24,924 nucleotides of DNA from a virus (IMGVR_UViG_3300048576_000478:1-24924); one strand, 5' to 3'. Positions 1 through 8,437 are shown, counted from the stretch's first letter. Numbers and translations are program-made. Notes: generated by a model not told the origin, from the letters alone.

Positions 1-624
1 ATGACCAAAGAAATTGTTGTTCATCTAGTCACGGAAAATCCCAATATACTATTCCAGATATTTGCTTACTCTATAGGTCCAATATCAGCACTACTTGCAT
101 CACTGCTTACGTTTCGCTTTGGAAAAAGTCAAACTGATAAAGAACACATACGTCAAATAACAAAAGAAAACTGTGATCTAAATAGACAACGCTTAGAAAG
201 CATGCATATATCAATGCAACAATTTATTCTATCTTTTGAACATTATCACAGTTTGTATAGCAAGTATATACTAAATAAGCCAATTGATTACGAAAAAGCT
301 GCTATTTATAAGAATGAATATGAACGAGAGATGATACGTTTTAATATGTACTATAGCTTATATTTCCATGAAGACTTGTCGGTAATTGTAGGAGAATATC
401 TAAAATCAATTTCTGATATGGAATTTACCACTAACAAATTGCAAGATGAAGCATTTCCTGTATCTGGTGATCTATATTCCATTTATTACGAATGCTATAG
501 TACTATTCAACTTAAAGCGAGTAAAGTTATTTCAGCTATTAGTTCAATATTCCCTACTCTTAATATTTCTGATAAAGACATAGAAAAGAAGAGATTATGG
601 CATAAGAAAGCAAAGAACAATTGA
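1..624 (+). CDS. Hypothetical protein with N-terminal membrane anchor (accessory/moron-like)
   Basis: 207-aa ORF; hydrophobic stretch ILFQIFAYSIGPISALLASLLTF followed by a helical Tyr-rich domain; no recognisable family. Confidence 0.7.
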   Translation: MTKEIVVHLVTENPNILFQIFAYSIGPISALLASLLTFRFGKSQTDKEHIRQITKENCDLNRQRLESMHISMQQFILSFEHYHSLYSKYILNKPIDYEKAAIYKNEYEREMIRFNMYYSLYFHEDLSVIVGEYLKSISDMEFTTNKLQDEAFPVSGDLYSIYYECYSTIQLKASKVISAISSIFPTLNISDKDIEKKRLWHKKAKNN

Positions 625-654
625 AGGCCAAAGTTTAGCTGTATGTATACTTCA

Positions 655-1437
655 TTAACTGATATTCCCAAGGTTAAGTAGTTCACCCATTTCCTTTGCG
701 TTTTGAACTGCGTTTCCTTTCGCGTGGTTGTTGAAATATACCCTCACCATTTTCGTTTTTATCCCAGTTTCATGAAGCTGATTAGCTACTTCAGCTAATT
801 CATCATGCGAGTATAGATAGTCATAGCGCGAAACGTTATCGCCATTCCACCAATTTGTATCATTTCTTCCATGTAAACGCCAATAAACAATTTCCTGATT
901 AACAGGCATTTTAATTTCCTGTTTCAATGCACTTGATGGTAAATCCATATAACAAAGGCTTACATTTCGCTTTGCAAGACCTTCATAAACCCTTTCTGTA
1001 AACCAGTCCTTGTTTCTGAATTCAACAACAACCGGCAGACTTTTAAACTCATCAAGCAAATTAGCTAAGTAGATTCTATTATCGGGGACATAATGAAACG
1101 ATGAAGGAAACTCAAAAAGGATAGTTGCTAACCTATGAAAATTGATTAGTGGTTCAATTCCCGCTAGATACTTTTTTGTATCAGCTTTCCAATCTTTGAC
1201 TTCATGGGTTAATGCTTTATTTGCCTTTATAGAAAAATCCATTGATCTATTTGCTCGAAATATCATGGTCTCTAGATTATGTGCTGAAGGCATTCGATAA
1301 TAGGAAAAGTTAAGCTCTAGAGTACTAAAGGCTTGCCCATAAACTTTAATGTATTCGTCACGGGGAAGATCATTAGGGTATAGGATTCCAGCCCAATCGG
1401 GGTAATCGTAGCCACTTGTGCCAACGCGAATATCCAT
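655..1437 (-). CDS. DUF72 (YecE-like) TIM-barrel protein
   Basis: Family motifs IRVGTSGYDYPDW, LELNFSYYRMP, FSIKA, EFP.SF, VEFRNKDW, YWRLHGRN, YDYLYS.DEL, VYFNNHAKGNAVQNA. Confidence 0.92.
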   Translation of the reverse strand: MDIRVGTSGYDYPDWAGILYPNDLPRDEYIKVYGQAFSTLELNFSYYRMPSAHNLETMIFRANRSMDFSIKANKALTHEVKDWKADTKKYLAGIEPLINFHRLATILFEFPSSFHYVPDNRIYLANLLDEFKSLPVVVEFRNKDWFTERVYEGLAKRNVSLCYMDLPSSALKQEIKMPVNQEIVYWRLHGRNDTNWWNGDNVSRYDYLYSHDELAEVANQLHETGIKTKMVRVYFNNHAKGNAVQNAKEMGELLNLGNIS

Positions 1438-1496
1438 TTCCTTAACTTATATGGGATTATAAAAGAAAGCTAGTGATTTTTATGAAAAAATAGGAG

Positions 1497-1524
1497 TTTA
1501 CAAAATAGATAATGGGAGTATCAT
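1497..1524 (+). promoter_or_regulatory. Possible sigma70-type promoter
   Basis: TTTACA-N16-TATCAT upstream of RBS AAAGGAG and ATG at 1554; weak evidence in AT-rich DNA. Confidence 0.3.
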
Positions 1525-1553
1525 TCTTAAGAAAATTATACAAAGGAGTCCAA

Positions 1554-2024
1554 ATGCTTACTCCATGGAACATTAGGTTTGGGAAAATTGCTGAACTTGC
1601 CACACAGTACAAAGTAATGATGGAGCAAGTGTTAAGGTATAAAGATGAGGTTTACAAGAATCTCTCAAGAGCTATTCCAGAGTCAAAGTATATAGATGGC
1701 AATGATAGAATAGATTTTGATTACTTACATAATAGCTATACAATTCAGCTTGATCTTAAAAAAGAAGAGAGTGCTGATTGCAAGAGTAGTAATTTCCATA
1801 TTGAAGCTAAGCTGTATAGCAAAATAACAACTTTCTTGCCTGATAATAGCGAAGTATATTCAATCAAAGATAATTGCTATTCATATTCAGGCGTAATATT
1901 TGAAATTGATGCAAAAGGAAATACCTACATCACAGGAGAACCAAACGCTACTGTTATCCCTATTTATCAAGACAGGGAATTAATCATTAACTTAATAACA
2001 ATGCATTTGGTGATGAAAAAATAG
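1554..2024 (+). CDS. Hypothetical protein (accessory)
   Basis: ORF 1512..2024; more likely start MLTPW at 1554 behind AAAGGAG. Confidence 0.7.
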   Translation: MLTPWNIRFGKIAELATQYKVMMEQVLRYKDEVYKNLSRAIPESKYIDGNDRIDFDYLHNSYTIQLDLKKEESADCKSSNFHIEAKLYSKITTFLPDNSEVYSIKDNCYSYSGVIFEIDAKGNTYITGEPNATVIPIYQDRELIINLITMHLVMKK

Positions 2025-2066
2025 CAGGCCTTACTATTTAAACCATAAAGACACATTGGAGTAATC

Positions 2067-2771
2067 ATGCCAGAGCCAAATACTATATATGTTAGTTCGA
2101 ATGGCTTTAATTGGAGTAGTTTCATTGGAGCTATAGTTGGTGTTATTGGTTCGCTAATTGTATTTAAGCTTAATGATAGACAAAATAGGAAACGTGATAA
2201 AATCTCTCAATTACGCGATTTAAAAATGCTAATTAATGATGCAATATGCATTAATTACTCCTTTAGTGATTATATATTTTCACTACTCAAACAAAACAGT
2301 GTTGGCATTTTACATAGCTATGATTCAGATTCAAGCAACATTAACGAATACGGATACAAACTTGTTAAAATAATAAACACTCTAAAGTATAGTTATTACG
2401 AAGTTTCTTCGAAAATGAATAAAGCACTTGAAGGAGGAATTGATAAATGTGAAAAGGCATATGATACTTATATTAATTGTCTATGTTATAACAGAAGTGC
2501 ATTTTCACAAATCCAATACAGCAAATTATTGGAAAAGAAACGAATTGAATTACTAAAGGCAAAAATCGAACTTGACGAAACACTTAATTATGTTCTTTTA
2601 GTACTTAATCAAGAAGAATACATGGTAAAATATCCAATTAAATACCGAATAACCAGGATAAAGCATTTTAATGAAAATGATAATAATGAAAAGCCAACAG
2701 AGATAAATGTTGACACAAATAAGAAGCTCAAAAGTAATACTCATAGACCTCCCTATTGTGATTGCGAGTAG
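2067..2771 (+). CDS. Hypothetical protein with N-terminal membrane anchor (accessory/moron-like)
   Basis: 234 aa; TM segment WSSFIGAIVGVIGSLIVF then basic patch and helical domain; RBS GGAG. Confidence 0.7.
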   Translation: MPEPNTIYVSSNGFNWSSFIGAIVGVIGSLIVFKLNDRQNRKRDKISQLRDLKMLINDAICINYSFSDYIFSLLKQNSVGILHSYDSDSSNINEYGYKLVKIINTLKYSYYEVSSKMNKALEGGIDKCEKAYDTYINCLCYNRSAFSQIQYSKLLEKKRIELLKAKIELDETLNYVLLVLNQEEYMVKYPIKYRITRIKHFNENDNNEKPTEINVDTNKKLKSNTHRPPYCDCE

Positions 2772-2789
2772 AGTTCCAAAGGAGAAATT

Positions 2790-3053
2790 ATGGCAAGGAA
2801 AAGTCTTGAACAGCTAAAGGCTGAAGTTGCGCTTTATGATTTTGTTATCAAAGGCTTCATTGTCCAGCGTGATAAGAACAAGGAAAAAATTGCAAAGCTA
2901 GAAGCAAAGAAAAAACCTACCGCAAAGCTCATCAATCGTAAGCCCAAGGCCAAAGTTACAGAACCTGCAAAGGCTTCCCCTAAGTCTCGTGCAAAAGCTG
3001 TTGAACCCCCAAAAGCATCCCCCAAACCAAGAAAGGCTAAACAGGAAAAATAA
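2790..3053 (+). CDS. Small basic protein with Lys/Ala/Pro-rich histone H1-like tail
   Basis: 87 aa; strong RBS AAAGGAGA; N-terminal amphipathic helix; repeats EPAKASPKSR / EPPKASPKPR. Confidence 0.7.
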   Translation: MARKSLEQLKAEVALYDFVIKGFIVQRDKNKEKIAKLEAKKKPTAKLINRKPKAKVTEPAKASPKSRAKAVEPPKASPKPRKAKQEK

Positions 3054-3102
3054 AAAAAGGCCCCTAATCGTGGTAAGGAGGTAGAATCCACGAAAAGAGG
3101 CC
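3052..3102 (-). terminator. Intrinsic terminator ending the late/lysis operon; loop carries an anti-SD sequence
   Basis: Minus strand GGCCTCT-TT-TCGTGG [ATTCTACCTCCTTA] CCACGA-TT-AGGGGCC followed by T7; between convergent genes. Confidence 0.75.
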
Positions 3103-3113
3103 AGAGTTAATTT

Positions 3114-3431
3114 TTAGTTCTTAACGAGTAATACAATGCCCTCGCCTATCGCTATCACACTTACTACCCAAATTGTTACCTCCCCCAAGGATGGCGAGGG
3201 CTTCTTTACTTGCAGCTCTGATAGTTGAGTTTCTTGCTTCAAGTCTTGCAACAAGCTGTTCAGATTCAGTAAGTCTTGTTCTGACAACTCTGAGCTGTTG
3301 CTGATAGTCATTAACAGATTGGTTAAGCTCTGCATTTGTTCTACATTCAAGTATAGCCCATGCGGTTGATCCTGTGAATAACAGAACGAGAACGATGCAA
3401 GAAATAAAAAGATAGCTACAAACTTTTTCAT
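3114..3431 (-). CDS. Signal peptide + coiled coil + C-terminal TM protein (spanin-like candidate)
   Basis: MKKFVAIFLFLASFSFCYS signal, Leu/Gln heptads, C-terminal TIWVVSVIAIGEGIVLLV; ATGA overlap with the holin-like gene's stop. Confidence 0.6.
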   Translation of the reverse strand: MKKFVAIFLFLASFSFCYSQDQPHGLYLNVEQMQSLTNLLMTISNSSELSEQDLLNLNSLLQDLKQETQLSELQVKKPSPSLGEVTIWVVSVIAIGEGIVLLVKN

Positions 3432-3435
3432 TCAT
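3121..3435 (-). CDS. N-terminal TM + coiled-coil protein (i-spanin/Rz-like candidate), overlapping the previous ORF
   Basis: Likely start MNEK at 3435 behind GCAGGA; TM YLFISCIVLVLLFTGSTAWAIL then coiled coil ELNQSVNDYQQQLRVVRTRLTESEQLVARLEARN. Confidence 0.55.
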   Translation of the reverse strand: MNEKVCSYLFISCIVLVLLFTGSTAWAILECRTNAELNQSVNDYQQQLRVVRTRLTESEQLVARLEARNSTIRAASKEALAILGGGNNLGSKCDSDRRGHCITR

Positions 3436-3631
3436 TACGTTCCTGCTTTGATTGATACGCCTTACAACCCATAACAGCAATAATCACACCCGATACTGGA
3501 ACTAAGGGTGCATCATTCTTTGCTATTGTGGCCCAGGTTAAAATTATACAAGAGGTTAAGATAATCAATCCACCAAACACTCTGAGCCAACTTGTTTGCT
3601 TTCCATCAGAGAATAGCTCTTTGAGATTCAC
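3428..3631 (-). CDS. Putative two-TM holin
   Basis: 67 aa, two hydrophobic segments, charged C-terminus, position after tail genes. Confidence 0.6.
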   Translation of the reverse strand: MNLKELFSDGKQTSWLRVFGGLIILTSCIILTWATIAKNDAPLVPVSGVIIAVMGCKAYQSKQERNE

Positions 3632-3894
3632 AATCGTAATATGCCTATGACTACCGCTGCGATAATTGCTAGGATGGATAGGACAGTACTTATCCAGAAC
3701 TTTTTGTTATCGGTTCCTTCGTCAATATGCTTATCAAGAGCTCTTTTAACTTCACAATCCGAGCAGCTTGGTTTATTGTCTTTTAGCTCTTTCATGTCTT
3801 TTTTCAATTCTTCAATTGCGGATTGTATGTACTTCATGCTAGTGTTCAACTCCGCTATATTTTTAACTAAATCGATAAGATCAATCTCTTCCAT
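3628..3894 (-). CDS. Coiled coil + C-terminal TM protein (XhlA-like lysis accessory candidate)
   Basis: Heptad N-terminus, CxxC, C-terminal FWISTVLSILAIIAAVVIGIL; ATGA-coupled to the next gene. Confidence 0.6.
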   Translation of the reverse strand: MEEIDLIDLVKNIAELNTSMKYIQSAIEELKKDMKELKDNKPSCSDCEVKRALDKHIDEGTDNKKFWISTVLSILAIIAAVVIGILRL

Positions 3895-3927
3895 TTTGTA
3901 CCTTTACTTTTTTAAATAATCGAATTC

Positions 3928-4074
3928 CTACTTTATCTTTTTTTCCCCATCCTCTTCCGCTATTAGCTGGTCAATAACCATAATAGCCCCTGATACGGCA
4001 TTTAGATTGGCCCTTAGTTCATCGGATTGTTTTGTAAGCTCATTCTTTTTTTCAATCATCTTTTCTTTTGTCAT
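3928..4074 (-). CDS. 48-aa coiled-coil phage protein (not in ORF track)
   Basis: Translated by hand: MTKEKMIEKKNELTKQSDELRANLNAVSGAIMVIDQLIAEEDGEKKIK; RBS AAGGAGG; preceded by the late motif. Confidence 0.7.
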   Translation of the reverse strand: MTKEKMIEKKNELTKQSDELRANLNAVSGAIMVIDQLIAEEDGEKKIK

Positions 4075-4090
4075 TCATTCCTCCTTTTCA

Positions 4091-4357
4091 TTATATAGAC
4101 GTATTTGGCCATACAACATTAGTAGGGAATCCGCTTTGTGAAGTAATATCCCTTAAATCTTGAATGTATTGTAAAACTTCTAGATATGTTTCCCTTGTAT
4201 CATTTGGTAGTATTCCAAGGGCTACTTGTCTTTCATACCTTTCTGCTCGCCATACTATTTCTTCAATTCTCTTATCGCGTTCATTCCTAGTAATATTTTC
4301 AAGTTTTGCTTTGTTTTCTAAATCAACTTCACTTTGCGTTTTTCCTTTAATAATCAT
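4091..4357 (-). CDS. Tail fibre assembly chaperone (Tfa-like)
   Basis: R.ERDKRI...W...Y.Q.LRDIT.Q.GFP..V.WP signature; start MIIKGK at 4357 behind GGAG. Confidence 0.8.
   Translation of the reverse strand: MIIKGKTQSEVDLENKAKLENITRNERDKRIEEIVWRAERYERQVALGILPNDTRETYLEVLQYIQDLRDITSQSGFPTNVVWPNTSI
4092..4102 (-). promoter_or_regulatory. Late-promoter-like motif, near copy (ACGTCTATATA)
   Basis: Shares the core CGTCTATATA with the other copies; 17 nt before ATG 4074 at the head of the lysis cassette. Confidence 0.55.
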
Positions 4358-4625
4358 TATATTCTCCAGTGTCCCATTCAACGCAACTTTCAGTATAGAA
4401 ACGCCGAATAGTCAAATACAGTTCTCCATCTTTACGATATGCGTCCAGTATTCTTTCATTTGTGTTATCAGCAATATCAGAAAATTGAACACTATCTATA
4501 TCAAAGGAGAATTCTTCACCATCAATTAGTATAGTGTTCTCATCCTTTTTAAATATTTCTGTGTTTTCCTTTGCCCTTATTTGGGAATGCTCATTCCATC
4601 TTACAGGGCTATATTTTATTTTCAT
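4347..4625 (-). CDS. Tail fibre-associated protein/chaperone
   Basis: MKIKYSPVR...ILIDGEEFSF pattern typical of genes following gp53-like fibre tips; ATGA overlap with the fibre stop. Confidence 0.65.
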   Translation of the reverse strand: MKIKYSPVRWNEHSQIRAKENTEIFKKDENTILIDGEEFSFDIDSVQFSDIADNTNERILDAYRKDGELYLTIRRFYTESCVEWDTGEYNDY

Positions 4626-7600
4626 GCTTTCCACCTTCCAATAGCATACCAAGTCATATCATTTACCATAGCGGCAGTTAATGAATATGTGTAGCAATCA
4701 ACTTCAACATTAAACCCAGTTGTTGTAATTCCCCATATATGGGAGGCCTCCAAGAAAAATCCTTGGTTGTGGTCATAATTTGCTGAAACTGCGGGAATAG
4801 AATAAAAGGCGCATGGGAAAGTGCCTGTTAATGAGCCGTAGTAATTAGCATCGCGTTGGCCGATTACGTTTAAGCTGGCCGGAGTGCCGATATACCGATA
4901 GCAAATCAATGTGCCATCGTTATACTTTACATAATAACCATTACTATTTGAACCGCTCTCCACTATTCCTTGACCGATTGTCGTTTTTGAATTAACCGTT
5001 AATCCAGCAAATGTAGGGGAAGCAGTAGTAAGCAAGCTTTGGTTTAAATAACTTCCTAATGTTGATACATCATAGCCATCTACTGTTCCTGTTATGGCCA
5101 AATTGCCATTGATATTTACATTTCCATTGCTTGCTATAATCATTGCTGGATTTTTTATCCAATGTGAGGCCGCTTCTGGTGTTCCTATAATTAGCTGATT
5201 TGAGCTATTCATTCCAAGAGCCATAACACCACTTCCAGCCCTTGTAAGCGAAATATATGATAGAGGGTTTGAACTCGCGGCCCGAGTAGCACCCATAATT
5301 CCATATCCTACTGTATCAGGTGAAGCACCATCACCAGTTGCTGAGATATATGTTGATACAATTCCATTTGAGGTTGTGATGTTTAATCCCTCAAAGAAGG
5401 GGTATGAAGTTGTGGATAGGTTTTGGTTAAAATTGTATGTCCATACTCCTGATTGAATAGTTCTTTCCCTAAGTTTTCCATTACTGTCTTTACAATATAC
5501 AGTATTGGAATAATCTCCATCTCCGTTTCGTGGGCTTATCATACCAGTATCTGCGATTACATTTGTTATTGAATAATCATTATTAAAAACTGATAATCCA
5601 CCATAAATGAGTGTTGGGGCATCAAGGTGTATCCCGCCTTGGGAAGTGCTTAATGAAACATAATTTGACATTATATTGAAGTCAAACCATCCTGTGCCAC
5701 TTAAAACTTCTAAGCTTCCAAGGGAATTTGTAAAAAGTGATATGTTTCCATTGCCGTTAGTTAGGTGTAATCCGACTACGCCATTTTTGGTTCCAAGACG
5801 GATTATCTCTTTATTAACTTCAAAAATACAAAGGGAGCTATCCTTAGCAACCATATCGCCATTTTTAACTGAAAAGCTTCCATCAACTACAATTCTATTA
5901 CTTGGTTTTGCCCAAAAACCATATGCCGAACCATCCCAAACATCATTGCTTACAGCCCAATAAGTTGTGTTAGGCGGTTGATGGTTTATATTGCCATCAG
6001 CCAAGCTTTTATATATTACACCATTATAGTTAGCATATTCATTAATAGAATACTTCCTACCAGCATCCCAAGTAGGTCCATTTTTTAGAAGGCCGCTTAA
6101 ATATCCCTGTGCGGTTTGTGTTATTCCTGAACTATCCTGAACAGAAATTCGTCCATATGATTGGTCAAGAACAATACGAGCCCCTGAAGCATTGCTTGAT
6201 ATACTATTGGCTCCAATTGTCCATCCTCCAATTAATCCTGAAGCAGAAGTAATAGAACCAGAAAAAGAACCAGAAGTAGCATTTATTGAACCAGTAATGG
6301 AAACATTTGTTGCGGTTAAGTTTCCTGTAGAACTTAAAGAAAAGTTTCCAATAGAAATACTTCCCTTTGTCAAAGCCAATCCAGAAGAATTTAAACTATA
6401 CCCTGTTCCTGAAATACCAGAAGAGTTTAATACAACATCACCGGCAGTTAATGAACCAGAAGAGCCGATTAGTACAGCACCAGTAAATGAACCAGAAGTG
6501 GCCGTTATTGAACCTGAGAATGTTCCTGTGGCTGCAGATAGTGAACCAGAAAATGTTCCTGTTGCTCCTGAAAGTGCTCCAGAAAATGTTCCCGTGGCAG
6601 CGGATAAAGAACCAGCGAATGTTCCAGTTGCCGCCGACAATGAACCAGAAAACACTCCTCCACCATTTACAGTTAATGTAGTGCCATCAAATGTAAGCTT
6701 ATCCTTTAAAGAAAACTGGCCTTGCGTATTTACTAAAAATGGCGTATCAGCGTTTCCATAATTACCATTTCCTACATAGAGCTTATTACCACTAGCCAAT
6801 AAACCGCCTACACTTCCAGTCAATGCAGGAGTATTGATTGGCAAATTACCACCACTTAGAGCTGTTGCTATATCATTATTTGGTAGTGTAGTTCCATTAA
6901 CTGTTGCTGTTGATATATCAAAATTGCCCGTTCCTATAACACTATACTCATAGTATGCAAAACGTATTCCATCACTAGTAGGATTGTACCGATATTTACT
7001 TCCAATAACACAAACAGGGGTTGTTCTACCTTTACCGTCATTGAGGTTTACGACTGTTCCCAGGCTAATAAACTGATTGCTTTTGACAGTAGCGGTATAG
7101 GAAGCATATTTATAGTATTGCTGGAGTAAATTAGCTAAATACTTTGCATCAGTTTGTGAATGAATATATTCAGAAGTATATTTTAGTTGTGGTGTCCCTC
7201 CTTTGTTAGAAGTTTCAATTGTTGTTCCTGCATCCTCTTGCATAGAATCAGCAATTATTTTTAAACGATAGATATACTTTGTAATACTATTGGGGTTATA
7301 TATCCTAAGCTTGCCTTGAGATCCAGTATTTTCATATTCAACAGTCAATCCGCTATCCGATGCAATATCAAGATGAGCCGAATTCACATTCACTATTGAA
7401 TAGCCATCAGCGCTTGAATAGCTTGTCAACTGATAGGTTGAAGCATTACTTCCTGTGGGGTAATAGCTTCCAGCCGCGATTGGAATTAAACAATCATAAG
7501 TAGTTGTCTGACCTGTTGTATCATGAAAAATAACTATGTTTGAAACAGTTTTTATCTGGTTCCAGGTTATATCAGTTTCACGATATTGAACAATACTTCT

Positions 7601-8293
7601 TTTGCTGCTTATTCCTGTTCCACCTCCTTCACAAACAACATTGGTGCTTGGAGCAAGTGTAATGGTAGGGTTTATATTTGTTTGAGGAATAGTATAGATA
7701 TTTAGCTTACCTGACGAATCAAAATAGAAGACATATCCAAACTCATAAAGAACTTTATCTAGCAAATCCCAATAGGTCTTTCCATCAGAGTCCGTAACCT
7801 TAAATGCAATAGTCTGGGCTATGCTTGGAAGTGAAGATGCTAGTGTGACTCCTGCTTTTGAAGCTAGTTTATGAATAAAGCTATTTGAAGTGCTTGAAGA
7901 ATCACATACTTTTATTCCATTCAAATATGTAAAAAGACTGTTATCAGACACCCAAGCTTTCTTTAAGAGTTTTATTCCTGGGTCTTCCGCATGAAGAGTA
8001 AAATCATCCTGCCCTCTTCCACCTATTTCCCAGCTAAAATCGTCTGTTAAGTAGCCTGTAAAAAAAGATGATGCATCGGTGTTGGTAATGTTTACTAGAA
8101 CATTGGTACTTCCTGCGTTAGCAATCAATGGTGAAAGACAAGATGATTTTCTATTAACCCGAAATGCAATTTTGTTTGTATTTGCATGTAGCGAAGTATG
8201 CAAAGAAAAATCAGGCTCTATACTGTTTGATAAAACATCATTTGAGATATCGTAGCTTATTCCATTTATAGATAGCTGAAAGATCAATTTCAT
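4622..8293 (-). CDS. Large tail-tip protein: baseplate-hub-like N-terminus, Gly/Ser/Thr fibre repeats, CBM5/12-like module, gp53-like C-terminal domain
   Basis: TYWDLLDKVLYEFGYVFYFDSSGKL (hub-like); GSLSAATGTFS repeats; WDAGRKYSINEYANYNGVIYKS...PP...YW; SGSNSNGYYVKYNDGTLICY...FPCAF...WYAIGRWK. Confidence 0.85.
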   Translation of the reverse strand: MKLIFQLSINGISYDISNDVLSNSIEPDFSLHTSLHANTNKIAFRVNRKSSCLSPLIANAGSTNVLVNITNTDASSFFTGYLTDDFSWEIGGRGQDDFTLHAEDPGIKLLKKAWVSDNSLFTYLNGIKVCDSSSTSNSFIHKLASKAGVTLASSLPSIAQTIAFKVTDSDGKTYWDLLDKVLYEFGYVFYFDSSGKLNIYTIPQTNINPTITLAPSTNVVCEGGGTGISSKRSIVQYRETDITWNQIKTVSNIVIFHDTTGQTTTYDCLIPIAAGSYYPTGSNASTYQLTSYSSADGYSIVNVNSAHLDIASDSGLTVEYENTGSQGKLRIYNPNSITKYIYRLKIIADSMQEDAGTTIETSNKGGTPQLKYTSEYIHSQTDAKYLANLLQQYYKYASYTATVKSNQFISLGTVVNLNDGKGRTTPVCVIGSKYRYNPTSDGIRFAYYEYSVIGTGNFDISTATVNGTTLPNNDIATALSGGNLPINTPALTGSVGGLLASGNKLYVGNGNYGNADTPFLVNTQGQFSLKDKLTFDGTTLTVNGGGVFSGSLSAATGTFAGSLSAATGTFSGALSGATGTFSGSLSAATGTFSGSITATSGSFTGAVLIGSSGSLTAGDVVLNSSGISGTGYSLNSSGLALTKGSISIGNFSLSSTGNLTATNVSITGSINATSGSFSGSITSASGLIGGWTIGANSISSNASGARIVLDQSYGRISVQDSSGITQTAQGYLSGLLKNGPTWDAGRKYSINEYANYNGVIYKSLADGNINHQPPNTTYWAVSNDVWDGSAYGFWAKPSNRIVVDGSFSVKNGDMVAKDSSLCIFEVNKEIIRLGTKNGVVGLHLTNGNGNISLFTNSLGSLEVLSGTGWFDFNIMSNYVSLSTSQGGIHLDAPTLIYGGLSVFNNDYSITNVIADTGMISPRNGDGDYSNTVYCKDSNGKLRERTIQSGVWTYNFNQNLSTTSYPFFEGLNITTSNGIVSTYISATGDGASPDTVGYGIMGATRAASSNPLSYISLTRAGSGVMALGMNSSNQLIIGTPEAASHWIKNPAMIIASNGNVNINGNLAITGTVDGYDVSTLGSYLNQSLLTTASPTFAGLTVNSKTTIGQGIVESGSNSNGYYVKYNDGTLICYRYIGTPASLNVIGQRDANYYGSLTGTFPCAFYSIPAVSANYDHNQGFFLEASHIWGITTTGFNVEVDCYTYSLTAAMVNDMTWYAIGRWKA
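6483..6656 (-). repeat. 33-bp (11-aa) coding tandem repeat, about 5 units (GSLSAATGTFS-like)
   Basis: Recurring gaaccagaaaatgttcc-like units at 33-nt period with synonymous divergence. Confidence 0.85.
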
Positions 8294-8296
8294 TGC

Positions 8297-8437
8297 CTAG
8301 GCCTTCGCATAATAATCATGCGTCTTTATAAAAGTAGCAAAATCAGAGAATAATTCCTTTTCTGCATTATCCAAATGATCACTTTTTTTAATTACTATAG
8401 ATATTTGATTATCAGAATGTTTAATTTCGATCACCAT
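8297..8437 (-). CDS. 46-aa mini-protein paralogous to the tape-measure C-terminus (not in ORF track)
   Basis: MVIEIKHSDNQISIVIKKSDHLDNAEKELFSDFATFIKTHDYYAKA; RBS GAGGAG 7 nt upstream; fills the TMP-to-fibre gap. Confidence 0.7.
   Translation of the reverse strand: MVIEIKHSDNQISIVIKKSDHLDNAEKELFSDFATFIKTHDYYAKA

Noticed and set aside
2710-2741. TTGACA upstream of the histone-like gene as a promoter
   Set aside because: No convincing -10 at 16-18 nt spacing
2834-3091. Minus-strand 85-aa hydrophobic ORF
   Set aside because: Antisense to the Lys-rich gene (AAA reads as TTT) and starts inside the terminator hairpin
6192-6761. Plus-strand 189-aa ORF with PENVPVAA repeats
   Set aside because: Antisense shadow of the Gly/Ser/Thr fibre repeats; no RBS and no independent signal
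8320-8330. Plus-strand GCGTCTTTATA resembling the motif
   Set aside because: Opposite strand, one mismatch, no downstream gene; arises from IKT codons
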